Source: Azolla caroliniana
Lineage: Eukaryota > Plantae > Polypodiophyta
DNA: 64,000 nt
Assembly: GCA_043228905.1 (NCBI GenBank)
Contig: JBHGNT010000005.1
Span: 21,638,001 to 21,702,000, forward strand
Direction: 5' to 3'
The position numbers were made by a program, and so were the translations under genes. Position 1 is the first letter of the stretch. Each line of letters begins with the position of its first letter. Below, piece by piece: positions 11,777-24,608 of this stretch. The notes under the pieces were generated by a model, which worked only from the letters and a program-made list of their open reading frames with translations, ran no database searches and had not been told where the DNA came from.

Positions 11777-14008
11777 TTAATCTATATCTTCTATGAAGTC
11801 CTCGATCTCATCATCATGCTCATGAGAAGTTCTTGTAAAAATATGACGATATGCCTTGCTTTCTCGCCACAACAAAATGCTAACATTGAAGTCATGTTCT
11901 TCTAGTTCAGGTCCTTCAGTAGAGATTCGTATCAATGCATCAATCGCATTGTTTTTCAGCCTATTTCTAAACTTATTTTTTATTAGATTTAGGCGACTAA
12001 AGCCTCTCTCACACGCTGCTGTAGAAGAACATTGGATTAAACCTATCAATGCAATCTTTAGAAGTTCGGGTAGCTTTTCTTTCCACACATCATTACAATT
12101 TATCATACCCCAAACATCTAAGAAATCTCTTCCAAGCCATTCCGTGGTAGCTTGCCTTTTGAAAATTGCATATTCATCATACAATTTATCATTATCAATT
12201 ATGGGAGAAAACGCTCTCCCATCTACCATTTTTTGAATGCCATAAAAATTTCCAAGTGTTTTCAACTCATTAAGACCCATAGTTTTTCGTGCTAAAATGC
12301 TTGTAGATCCGGCAGACATGTTCATTGGTGATAACATTTTCAATGCGCAAAGAGTTACCGGATCTTGAAGCCTCTTTTTTATTGTCTCTATTAATGCCTT
12401 AGAAAACAAAGTTTGGAATTGTATGGCTTCAATCAAGTCCTCACCATCAATACATCTATCCATGAGGATGCTTTTATACATATTACCTTTAATAGCATCT
12501 CTTAAAACTGAAAGCATTCCTTTTTCTCTACCATATTCTGGAATAATTGGATAACTATAGCTATCCTTCTCAAAACCATTTAGATCCATCATAACATGAT
12601 GGAGAAATTGTTCTTCGATCTCCCCAATGGCTATCATAGCCAAACCTCCAATGCATGTCACATCCACATATTCCTTTTGGAATTCCAAACTTAACGTTGA
12701 CATGATCTTAAGTACATCTGCAAGAAAGTGAAGCATATACACTACTTTGAAGTTTCTTAAACTTACGAATACATTGTATGCATCACTTTGCGATTGTAAA
12801 GTCTTCATCAAGGGTTCATACGCATCACATACCCTCATGATAGCACCATGCCGACTAAGCCATCGTGTTTTCACAATCCCAAGAATATGCAAATGTGTGT
12901 ATTCTAGTGCATCTTGCATCTTAGTTAATTCACCTTGGCGTAGTGAGCTCCTCGAGAAATGTGCAGCCACCCGATTCACAAGAGCATCTAACTGTTTACA
13001 TGTTTCTTTGACTTCAATGTTCTTTGAAGCCTCTTGCACACACAAGTTTGTTCGATGTGCACAACAATGTAAGGAAGTCATAAATGGGTTATATGACTTC
13101 AATCTTGTAGCAACACCTGTAGACATACCTACCATAACAGATGCTCCATCACTTCCAAATCCCATCATTTTTCTAACATCTAAGTTCCACTTTTTTAATA
13201 ATGCTAAAATGCTTTCTGTTATTGTGTTTGATGTACCATCCTCTACTTCAAGTAACCCCAAATAAGAGGTTCTTACTTGCCTTCCTTCCACAAATGTAGC
13301 ATAAAGAATCAAGTTCTTGGTTACGCTTACATCGGTAGCTTCATCTACCATAAGCCCAAACCAAGGACTTTTCCTCAACCTATCATAGATCTCAGCTTCA
13401 AGAGCCTTGCTAATGTGCAAGATAAAGCTTGCACAAGCCTTATTATCGTTATACATTCATGGAAGGCCTTCCACACCACATTCTCTTAACAATCGTAAGA
13501 GGCTTTCCAATTTTCTAAATGCTAAATCCTCTTTAGCTATAAAATATGCACATTTAAACAATTTTTCAATTGCTACATCCACACTTGCTCTCTTTTTTTA
13601 TGCACATTTTTCAAGACCATTCTTGTCACGTTCTTGTAACAAAATGGCATCTCGATGGGCCACACTTCTTGCATGTTCTTCCGATGCGGAAGTCTTAAAG
13701 TTTTTGGCACCTGTTTTGCCAAATGAAGACTTACTATGAGGATCACTCCTGCAATAACTACACCATAAAAGACCAGTTTCTAAATCCTCTTGAAGCCACT
13801 TAAATTTAGTAAGCCAATCTTCTTGAAATTTTAGTTTGGCCTTACTAATTCTATTCATCTCATGAAGTAATTCTTCGGAGTGTTGATGGTCCTTTATAGG
13901 CTCTTCTAGAGACACATCTTCTTTAGATGGCAAGTTTTTCCTAAAGCCGGGCATTGTAAAGAGGCTAATTTGCTTTCCTTTGCCTTTCATATTCTTGTTT
14001 TGGGACAT
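11777..14008 (-). pseudogene. hAT transposase (ZNF862/DUF4371-like with TTF-type zinc finger and C-terminal dimerisation domain), interrupted by two in-frame stops
   Basis: ORFs 13598-14026 and 11777-13456 share one frame, linked by TAA(13598-13600)-KKRASVDVAIEKLFKCAYFIAKEDLAFRKLESLL...-TGA(13457-13459). Motifs: FQEDWL..FKWL...WCSYC...H.....H; LMVDEATD; FGSDGA; HCCAH; TRWLSR; ACERGFS; KNKFRNRL. Probable ATG at 14008 after a splice acceptor. Confidence 0.92.
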
Positions 14009-15829
14009 ACTGTAAGTCTGTAACAATAATGCAGAGAATGTTTCACTAACATAATATATGGATTCTATTTACAAGAAGGCGAAACCTACATACACAATCC
14101 ATGTTTCCAAAAAGAAAAAACAAATTAAGATACCTGGGATATTTGAAGTTTCTGAGGAAATAAAGGATCAATTTTCCACTATGGACCTTCCAATCTATCA
14201 GAAAATAAAGAAGAAAGAGGATGGCTCACATTAGCTTACCCACATTAAATAAGCTCTAGTTTAGAACACTGAGATTTTGAGATACACTTTAGAGATCACA
14301 AAAACTTAAGATATAAATTAGAATTGATTTACAAATGGGAGTAATGGACAGAAATTGATTTGCAACGGCCAAGAAAGACATCATATTCAACACATAAAAT
14401 CACATGCTGCTAATGTAAATTTCCAAACAAGAAATATGTCAAAAAGAAGGAAATCATAGCTAAAATCATTTCAAATATGTCAAGAAATTCGTTTTCCCAC
14501 AAAATGCATCTAGTAGGAAAGATTTTGAGATACACTTTAGAGATCACAAACAAGATGACAATACGAATGCGAGGTAGTAATAGAATATACATGCCTCCTT
14601 GTGATTTATTCTTGTTTATTCCCATCATCTTTCTATGCTTTTCTTGTGCTAAGATAATTTGTTGTACATAATTCCCTCCCAATTTTCAACCTATCGTCCA
14701 CTACATGTGTTTGAATTACATGATGATTCTCATCTCAAATTTGTTGGTTCATCTAGTTATATTGTAATAAGTAAATAGTATTTCAGATTCTTTATTTGTT
14801 TATCATAGTAGCCCCTTGATGATGATGATGAAGAAGAGCAAATCTCTTTCCACACCTAGTTCCATTACATCTTCACAAGTTCATGTTCACCCACTAAAAA
14901 GAAGCATGAAGATGTAATCCTCTTCTCCAATGCACATACTTTGCAATGATCCCACATCTTTGCCTTACAATGTTCAAGAGACATTTTGTAACAATTGATG
15001 GTCTCTAATGGATGTTTAGTATATCATCATCACTATTCTTACAATTCATTCAAACGAAGATACCAAACCAACGAGGTTTTTGTATAATGAGGGAGCTTAA
15101 CATTTCAGAAATGTGTTTTATTTCATTATGTTGCCACAAATGCGCAATAGATGTAAATGTATGTTTCTTTTCCTCTTTCGAGAAAAATATTTCAAAAGAT
15201 ATAGTATAATCAAGTAATAGTGAAATAGAAATTATGCACAAGGTCATATTTATGATAGGTTCTACTTTCGTTGATATTGTAATATACCTCTTATCAAAAT
15301 TTCTCCTATTTCATTTTAGTTTGCCAAAACTACTACAAGACATGTCAATGGAAACATAAAACACATACAAATTGCAATATGACATCGTCCAACCTTATAA
15401 CCACATCAATAAGGTGAAGCGGGATGCAAATGCCAAAATAATGCATGATCCCTTACTTTACCACCAAAATCCCTAAATTATGTGACTCCAATTTTTTGTT
15501 AAAGGTTAACATGGATCGCTTTTATACAACAATGCTTTAGGAGTACTTGTAAATTTACATGATCTAAATCTTTGAATATATAATGAACCAAACATGAAAC
15601 TCATTGCACAAGGCTTGGCTTGGTATCCATTGAAAAGCAAGTGGTTTATCACGACATCACCATGTTTATACATTGGATCAATTTCAATGTTTAAATAAGC
15701 AACAGTTAGAATGAATTGGTGGGAGATTTAAAGTCTCTTACTTGGCGCATAAAGACAACACTTATGTATTGGCTCAATTCCTTCTCATCCATTCAATCAA
15801 TGTGTTGGTGGAGACATCTAAAATCAATG

Positions 15830-16130
15830 AATCGTCGAGTGGTGAGAGCTGAGTGATGAATGATGGGCGATCGCCGACGAGTGACGAGCAGCAATCAGCG
15901 AGTGACGAGCGGCAATTTCTGAGTGACGAGCGGCAATTTTTGAGTGATGAGAGGCCGCCGACAATCAACGAGGGAGAAGCAACAAGCTGTGGGCAGTGAG
16001 CAGTGAGCAGTGAATGAACAATGAATAACAAGCAGTGGTTAACGAACAACTAGGAAGTAGGAAGGAGGAATGGCAACGAGCAATGAGGAGGGAGCAATGA
16101 GCAACGAGCAAGGAGGGAGTAGCAGGAAAT
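15830..16130 (+). repeat. Short imperfect repeats (GAGTGACGAGC(A/G)GCAA, GAGCAA/GAGCAG) in the 5' region of the hAT element
   Basis: GAGTGACGAGC occurs three times at 15878-15931, plus GAGCAG/GAGCAA runs. Confidence 0.7.
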
Positions 16131-16806
16131 CAGACGAAGACAGAGAGGGAGAAAAACAAAAAGAGGGGGGAAAGTAAAACAAAAAAAGGGGAAAAACATG
16201 AAAAATATATATAAAAACTTTTTTTTACCTTTATTTTTTACATAAACTATATAAATAGCCGGTTCAAAAAATATGAACCGGCTAAATTCCGGTTGGTAGG
16301 AAAACTTGGCCGGAATCAATTCCGGCTGTCCCCCACCTTGGCCGGCAAAAGTCCCAACCCAACCGGAACGCTAACATTGTTCCTGGGACTTTGCCCAACA
16401 CTGGTCATGCCATGGTAAAGAAGGATTACTTCTATCCAGAAAAAGAAATATTTAGTCATGCCATGATCAAAGACTTATCTAATGATTAAAATAGACGAGG
16501 AGTTATATAAGTTATGGAATATGGAAAGTACATCTTATAACGTACTATTTTAATATTATAATTTAGCAATGAAAAATAGTCGGTGGGATACTTTTGTTGT
16601 AAATGAGGGGTTGGGGAATCGGGATTATGATTAGTTTTGTGGGGAGAAGTGTGAGTTTTACTGAATATGGTTGAACTTTGATGTACTTTGTTTGCTAACT
16701 AATGTGGAGTAGTGTTTTTTTGGTAAAATAAAAATAAAAATATTATAATTTATTAATATTAATGTCATTCTTCTTCTTCTTTTATTTTTCATTTTTATTT
16801 ACTTTT

Positions 16807-16845
<39 letters not shown>

Positions 16846-17249
16846 TGTCTAGTGAAGTTAACTACAGCAATGGTGATGGACGGCAAATGACAGAAGCAGC
16901 AATAGGAGTCGAAGGACTCTGACCCTCATAGTCGAAGGCTCTGAGTCTAAGTTGAAGTATGAGAAAGTTCTAGTCTAAGTTGAGGGAGGGAAATGAAATG
17001 GGTTTATTTTAATAATACGAATGCCCTTGCGTCACGAAGAGGGGGGCATAAATATGGAAATAGTGTCTAGCCCCTCGCCCTCAAGTGCCATCCGATGGGC
17101 GGGACCTCGGTTTCGGCCAAACATCAAAAGTCACTACTACACACTTGGAGGTTGGAATTTAAATACAAGAAATCCTCACAATCCTAGTGACGTAGGCTTT
17201 GTACCAACATGACAAGTTTCCCGGCAAGACGATTTAGTAACTTAATTAC

Positions 17250-17935
17250 GCCGTTTTTGCCCAAATTCGTGTAACTTTGTGCCCAAGCTCGGAATTCCAA
17301 GCTGAGAATTCCGACGTGATCCTTGTAGTGAAGACTTTGTGCTAGATACTCAAACAAAGGGTTGCACAAAATAGTGAAACAAGATTTATATTAAACTTTT
17401 GTAGACAAAAGTAAATTTAAGAGAGTGAAAATACAACGAGAAAATTCCCGGCTCTATTAAATGGAGTGAACAAATTATAGGAGAAGGATAGGAATAAGAT
17501 AAGAGTAAATGGAGAGGATTTGATCACAAGTAGAGCTTCAAGGAAATATCCTCGCTCTTCGGATTTCGGGAGTGTTTCCATGTCTCACAGTTTCTCCCCC
17601 CCAACAATGAGCCGCTCCCCCTTTTTTATATAGGATTCAAGAGGCCAAATAAAAAAAGTGGGTGTTCTTTTTTGTTTTTTGCATACACCACGTTCTTTCT
17701 TTTTACTTGCATGCTTTGCCTTTCCTTTTGGTGCCTAATGCTAACAAAATGGTAATTATAATGTTCACCATCACATTTATTTATCCAATCATTCTCCTAT
17801 GGTCCAAGTAGGACTCGGAGATTTAACCTCCTACTCATAGTACATACTTTTAGCAATTCAGTTAAACCTTCTTAATATTTTTAGTAGTTTAACATAATTC
17901 CTCCTACGCTTTTCCCACATCATGACATTGCAAAC
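17250..17935. repeat. LTR-like dispersed repeat, diverged copy B (related to 7290-8115)
   Basis: Same collinear motif blocks as copy A. Confidence 0.55.
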
Positions 17936-18746
17936 CCGTTGAAGTTTTTCTTAAGCGAAACCAACGTGTCACCCCCAAAAAAGCAATGAGCCCGACAATA
18001 AACTATCTCTCATTAGCAAAATGCCTTCCTTTTCCAACAAAGCAAGTATAACTATCAATTGAATCCTAAATTATAACGCTTCCCAAATTACAAACCCTTC
18101 ACACACAATTACACATTAGCAATAATTCGCACAAATTTATGCATACACACAAACAAGCATACTTGAACGCACGAAACCACAAATACACATATGCAAATCA
18201 TTTTGCATGCACAAAAATGCACATTTGCACACAAAATTCACTACAAACAAAAACATACAAATTACACTATTTCAACTTCACAAGGACACATAGACTAATC
18301 TTAGAGGGATCAATATATACAACTCAGTGGATCAACTCCAAAACCAACAAAAAAATCAACAAAACTCATGTTGCCTTTCCTGCCATAAATCCGGTAATAA
18401 TGTCCTCTTTTACAACAAAGTTATCCGAGTAACACGATTATGGTATAACTTACTTGTGCCCCAACTATACATATTTATATCCCCTATACAATATTGGAAG
18501 TTGTCAATGGAAACATCCACCTGGGCACCTGGTAGTTCCACGTAGGCATTGTTGAAGATTTGACCATCATGGGAGAACCACCCCATTTTAGTAGAAAATT
18601 TGACCTTGCCATTTCTGCTTCATCTTATTCCCCCTGAATTGAGTCATACCATCCACACAACCAATCTACCAACTGTTGATGGGTGGGGGGTAGAGCTATT
18701 CTTGGCTCTACTTGGCTCTACCCCCCTCCGAAGGGATTGAGCGTGA

Positions 18747-18748
<2 letters not shown>

Positions 18749-18807
<59 letters not shown>
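18749..18807 (+). repeat. (GA)n microsatellite
   Basis: Read directly from the sequence. Confidence 0.95.
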
Positions 18808-18811
<4 letters not shown>

Positions 18812-20510
18812 GGGGGGAGTTAGAAACAGAAAAGAAACTTAGAGAGGAACTTCTTCTTCTTTCATTCATGCCCCATATGGGGATATAGATACTTGAGGTT
18901 TATACATCAAAAAGATACAACAACATATGTAGGGGTAACTACCCGTCTAGCCATTCACACACAACTTACCCACACTCTTTCATATTTGCACACATGTACA
19001 CAAATGTGCATGTGTTCATGCACATACCAACATACTCACACTCACTCTTGTGCACATTTGCACATACACTTACAACAAGCCTACATGCAAATACTTTCGC
19101 ACTTATGCACTCATCCACATACAATCGTATGGATAACACTAGCTCGAACCAAAATATTTCGCATCACCTAATCGTGTGGGAGATTTTGTTGCAAAAAAAC
19201 AAACTTGCAACACCTGGTCCAAATGTGCCAGACCGACAAACACACCATTATTGATCCTAATGATTACTTCTTTTTAAAGATTACTTTGTCGAAAATGTAT
19301 CTATTATTGATCCTAATGATTGCTCTTGTTATAATATATAACAATCACACTCAAGACAAATATGCTTTTACAAGATTGCTAATATGGTTATTATGAACTT
19401 AGTTAGACTAAACTTACAACATTCTCTTTTACCATATTGCAAATTTGCATGTACAACGAGTAATAGCTAACATTACTCCTTTGTTAAAACTTGTGTACAC
19501 TGTGGGTTGGGTGTATGTCCCATGGTTCATAGGTCTCATGTTCACACCTTTGGTTTCTACCTCTCATGTTTCCTTTTCGTCGTTATTTGCCAATATTTCG
19601 CTACTTTCAAAAGTACTTTTAGAGGTCTTCTTATGAGTAGAACTATCCACACTAATCCCTAAATTTGAAAATAAAATGCTTGAAATTTTCTCTATAATGC
19701 CAAAAATCCAAACAAAATGTATACAATCCAAGTTCTTCGCCCAAAAACAAAACAAAACGATAAAAAGCAATTCTAGTATAATTGTGAGAGTAGAAATTTG
19801 TCAAACTTAGGACTCATAATTGCAGTTGGCTAAACATTGTTTGACAAAGAAGTAATAAGCATTTTCCCAATTCATATTGGGGTTGTGCATTCATGCAACT
19901 AAACTAATAGGTGACAAAGCATGTAGATCATGCTAGATGTTGCACCTTGCTCCTCATCCATATAACCATTAAGCATCGCCTACAAACACTTGCTCTCCCT
20001 TATATATAAGGAATGCAAAGGTTTGAGAGAAAAACTTCGCAATACACCCGAGTGTTTTGTTGATTTCCTCCAAATAGGTATTGGTTATTTCCCCAAACAA
20101 CCTTTACACAACCTTTGAAAGAAAGAAAAGACAAAGACAACTTGACCAATACAATTGTTGAGATATAAAATGTACAAGCACATATGAGTACATCGAGTCA
20201 TGGGTTGACCAGCAAGGGCACTTGGGGGGGGGGGGGGGGGGGCATCTATGGAAATAAAGGAAAACAAACCAAAGGGACACACACCTTAGAGTTAGCTACC
20301 CCGTAGAATTTTGTGTCAGATGTCTAATATGTGATATATGTATGGGACAACAAACCTACCGACACCACAACATGACACGACGTTGTGTGTAATGAGAGAA
20401 GAGAAGAGAAATAAAGAGGAGCGAGTTCTTAATTAACTCCTCATGTGGGAAGGCCAATCTTGGATTCCAACCGTCAACAAAGAAATCAAAGAGGGGAACT
20501 CTCACACGCA

Positions 20511-20817
20511 ATGTATTGTATTGTATTGTATTGTATTGTAAATTTGTATGTATGTATGTACGTATTGTTTCGTATTGTATTGTAAATTTGTATGTATGTA
20601 TTGTATTGTAAATTTGTATGTATGTATGTATTGTTTCGTATTGTATTGTAAATTTGTACGTATGTATGTATTGTATGTATTGTTGTATTGTTGTATTGTA
20701 TTGTATTGTATTGTATTGTATCGTGTCTGTCTGTATGTATGTATGTATTGATGACGTTTCTGTAGCGTAGATCAGATGTGTGTATGTATGTATGCATGTA
20801 TGTATGTATGTATGTAT
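20511..20817 (+). repeat. Compound (TGTAT)n/(TATG)n microsatellite immediately upstream of the FAHD1 start
   Basis: Read directly. Followed by a (CAGTAG)4 tract at ~20855-20880 and the ATG at 20897. Confidence 0.95.
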
Positions 20818-20896
20818 CGGTGAGGCTCCTCTGGTAGATCGAGGAAGAAGACGACAGTAGCAGTAGCAGTAGCAGTAGCAGGAGTCTGAGCCAGCC

Positions 20897-20998
20897 ATGG
20901 CGAGTAGGAAGCTGTTCACTGAGGTGGGCACCAAGATTGTTGCCGTGGGACGCAACTACGCCGCTCATGCCAAGGAACTCGGCAACGCTCTGCCCAAG

Positions 20999-21036
<38 letters not shown>

Positions 21037-23394
21037 GCAACATGTTCATCTGCATCCGTATCATAATACATGCATATCACATGCACATACCCATACATAT
21101 ACATGTCATCATTCCAGACACATACCATACAGATACTCTCTCAACACATACACATCACATACATACATGCCGCCATTGTACATATACCCATACATACTGC
21201 ATACATCCATAACAAAATAAGTGCATATGGCATATATACCAACTCAGATATACATATTCATTTACTCCATTTAAATTTTTTAATGTTGCTTTTTACATTG
21301 ATTGCATTCAATCTGTGCTTGAATTAGACCTATGAATGAATATGTACAAAACATTTTTTTATGTTCCATTTGGATGGTTAAGATTGCTTTTTAGTTTTGA
21401 TTCCAGTGAAATTAGGTTCATGGATGAATACATATTTAAACAATTAATGTTGCTTTTTACATTGATTGCATTCAATCTGTGCATGGATTAGACCTATGAA
21501 TGAATATGTACACAACATTTTTTTATGTTCCATTTGGATGGTTAAGATTGCTTTTTAGTTTTGATTCCAGTGAAATTAGGTTCATGGATGAATACGTATT
21601 TAAACAATTAATTAACAAACCCCAAGCATCCTTACGTACCTAATGAATTGACGAAATTCTGAGATGACGCACGCAAGTGATCTGTTTGCAAACATGCTTT
21701 GAGATTAACATGCCACTGAAAATTTTGGCAGCAAATTTCTCATAAATCATTAGTGAGATTAACTTTCCAGTTATACACGTATAAATCCAAACTTAGGTTG
21801 AATTTTGAAGAGTAGTTTCTGAAGATGCTCTATATTAAAAGGAGATGATAGAGGAGAGAATGTTCAGAAGGGAGAAGGATGATCCCATGATTAGTTGCCC
21901 ACTGTAGCTTGAACCCCAAATGCCCAGCTTTAATGGGTTGGCATTGCAAGGCTTTATGGCTAATTTTGATATTTACGAAAAATCTGGTCATATTGGTACC
22001 TGCAAAAAGTTGTAATATGCTACAATATGTATAGGTGTTTTATGTGTTAAGCAATAACATTCTATTTGGATCATAGAAATATTTATCTGTAGGTAGTATT
22101 CACTCTTTATGGGGCCAGTGATGAAGATAGTAAAAAGAGTAACCCAATGATTGGAAGGGGAATATGAATTTTCAGTTATTGCTTGAACTCAGATGGTAGA
22201 CAACACTGTTCTGTATATGCAAAAAACCTTAAGGAGCTACATTTTCCCTCCATTATAGGAGTCATGGCTTTCTCAACCTAATCTAATGCAACATCCCTAA
22301 CTTGCTGAGGGGAGATTATGTATGTAATACTTCTACCTTATTAATCTCAAGATCATTTCAAATAAATTTCCCCCTGTTCGAAGAAATATGCCACTTTTTC
22401 TTATCTCAAAAAACCAAACTAGAGGAAATTGACGAGATTGAAAACAGACAATAGAAATTTAATCTTCAGGTTTGGCTGCAGTGCATCAGCATTTAGCTTT
22501 TTCATAATTTAGTGAGCTATTTTCTGTTACCTGGTTTTATGGTGAGTTTTTTTATTTATATCTGCTTTGTTGATTTTCGACTGGATGATCTGCCATGAAG
22601 CAAAATACAAAGTGAACAAATGGTTTCACCTATTTCCCCCTTAGCACAGACTAATTTTGTTTCTTACCTTTTTAGAAAACAATAGATGAGTGAAACACAA
22701 AGGAACACAAAACATCTCAGCCTCCCTAGCTCACCAACACCTTCCCCATATTCCTAATGCATCATCATTTTAGCTTTTCAGGAGCCTGTTCTTTTCTTGA
22801 AACCAACATCATCGTACGTGCATCAAGGTGGATCGATTGAGATTCCACAACCATTGGAATCGGTTCACCATGAAGTTGAATTTGCTGTTGTTATTGGAGC
22901 CAAAGGCCGTGATATACCTGAAGAAAGAGCGATGGATCATGTTGAAGGTGAGTTGCTAATAATATGAAGTGGGCACCAAGTAGGAGAACGGAGAAAGGTG
23001 TAGTGAGATTATTCACATAGGAGTCTCTATACATATGCCTATACTGGGTCCTTAACTTGTAACTACATAAATATAGGAGTCTTTACAGATGCTGCATGTA
23101 CTGGGAATTTAACTTGTAAATGCATGAATATAGGACCTCTAGGTCTCAAACTAGACCTTTACTTAATACATCTCCGTCTGGGTCTCAAACCAGGCCTTTA
23201 CTTAATACATCTCCCATTGCATGGTAGGGAAAATAGCGCATCCAGTTCTGAAATGTTTCAGTCAGTCATGGAAGGGACCAAAGTGAAATGACAATGTAAC
23301 TTCTGAAACATATATACAAAATATATATGATATATTATTGCCATACATATATACACACATACACACATAAATACATACATACATATATACATAC

Positions 23395-23428
<34 letters not shown>

Positions 23429-24608
23429 CAGATTAAAGACAAATAAAAACAACTGATCTTTATGTATTCATGGGTACATTGAAACAGTAGCAGAGTCAAG
23501 AGAATATTGAAAATTAGCTCTCAAGCGAGTTAGCTGCATTAGGGAAGTTGAAATGATCGAACAACATATTTTATCAAGATAGCTGTATTTTGAAAATTGT
23601 ATTTTGAATGTTTATGAACTTAATTTAGGCTATGCACTGGCTATTGATGTGACTGCACGAGATCTACAAAGCGTTGCAAAAGTGAGAAGAGCTTTATAAA
23701 TAAAGATAATCTATTTGATACTTATTTACTATCACTAAACCTTTTTTTGTGTTTCTTTCTATCGAAGGCTTCAGGATTGCCGTGGACAGTTTCCAAGGGC
23801 TATGACACATTTACTCCAATAAGTGATTTTGTATGCATCACGACTTAGGCTTATCTAGTGTAATATTGGTTATTATTTTCTTTAGTAGACAAAAAACTGA
23901 TTTTGCTGATTTGATATCCAATAGATACCAAAGAAAAATGTTCATTCACTAGATGATTTGGAACTTTGGCTTAAGGTATGCATGCTACTGCTAACAGAAA
24001 GCTACTTAAAATTTAGAGAAGCATAAGGAGTAGTGGCTTCTAAGAATAATAAAATCTTAGCAATTATAAAGAAACTTGCCTTTTCAGGTTGATGGTGATG
24101 TAAGGCAAAGGGGCTCTACCAAAGACATGATCTTCAGTGTGCCCTTCTTGATCAGTCATATAAGTTCCATTATGACGTTATTTGAAGGTGATGTTATTTT
24201 GACAGGTATACATTTGAATAAAACATTATGTAAAATTAGAGTATTTTGGTGTCATGAGCTTAATTTTGTCCGTATGTAATATGTATGTCAACAGCGTCTC
24301 ATGCAATCTAAAACATATAGAAACCCCAATCAAATCAGTCAAATGTTATTGTTTATCTAATTTTCAGCTCTTTTGAAAAACATACATTTGTCCTTTACTT
24401 AGCTTGGATGGATTTGGAGAAAATACGCCATCACTCTTACTGCACCACTTGTCATGCAAAATATCTGATTAACCAACGTTTTTTTTAAATGTCAGGAACT
24501 CCATCGGGTGTTGGGCCTGTTAAGGCTGGTCAGATTATAACAGCTGGCATCACTGGATTGGTTGACATGTCATTTCCTGTGGTCTCTAGACAGAAGATCA
24601 AGTTGTAA
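20897..24608 (+). CDS. FAHD1: Fumarylacetoacetate hydrolase family protein (acylpyruvase/oxaloacetate decarboxylase FAHD1-like), 7 exons, 221 aa
   Basis: GT-AG exons 20897-20998, 22782-22947, 23629-23681, 23768-23830, 23925-23975, 24088-24205, 24496-24608 (666 nt, in frame). Motifs [61 protein letters not shown]. Confidence 0.95.
21280..21611 (+). repeat. Tandem duplication, 2 x 164 bp, in FAHD1 intron 1
   Basis: TAATGTTGCTTTTTACATTG begins at 21281 and 21445; copies are near-identical. Confidence 0.9.

Larger units (their letters stand above)
11422..16403 (-). mobile_element. Full-length hAT DNA transposon, 4982 bp
   Basis: Perfect 16-bp TIRs CAGTGTTGGGCAAAGT (11422-11437) and ACTTTGCCCAACACTG (16388-16403). 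Perfect 8-bp TSD GTCATGCC (11414-11421 and 16404-16411). Internal transposase; subterminal CCGG-core motifs at both ends. Confidence 0.97.

Noticed and set aside
13457-13600. Intron or U-to-C RNA editing removing the two transposase stops
   Set aside because: The intervening sequence is in-frame, conserved-looking transposase (AYFIAKEDLAF). U-to-C editing in ferns is known from organelles, not nuclear TEs. Simple nonsense mutations are more parsimonious.
14640-15300. Second gene inside the hAT element
   Set aside because: Short Cys/His-containing frames with stops and no identifiable domain; cannot be supported without a search.
20356-21327. Long ORFs rich in Y/I/H/T/C or LSLSLS
   Set aside because: Translations of microsatellites; only 20897-20998 is a real exon.
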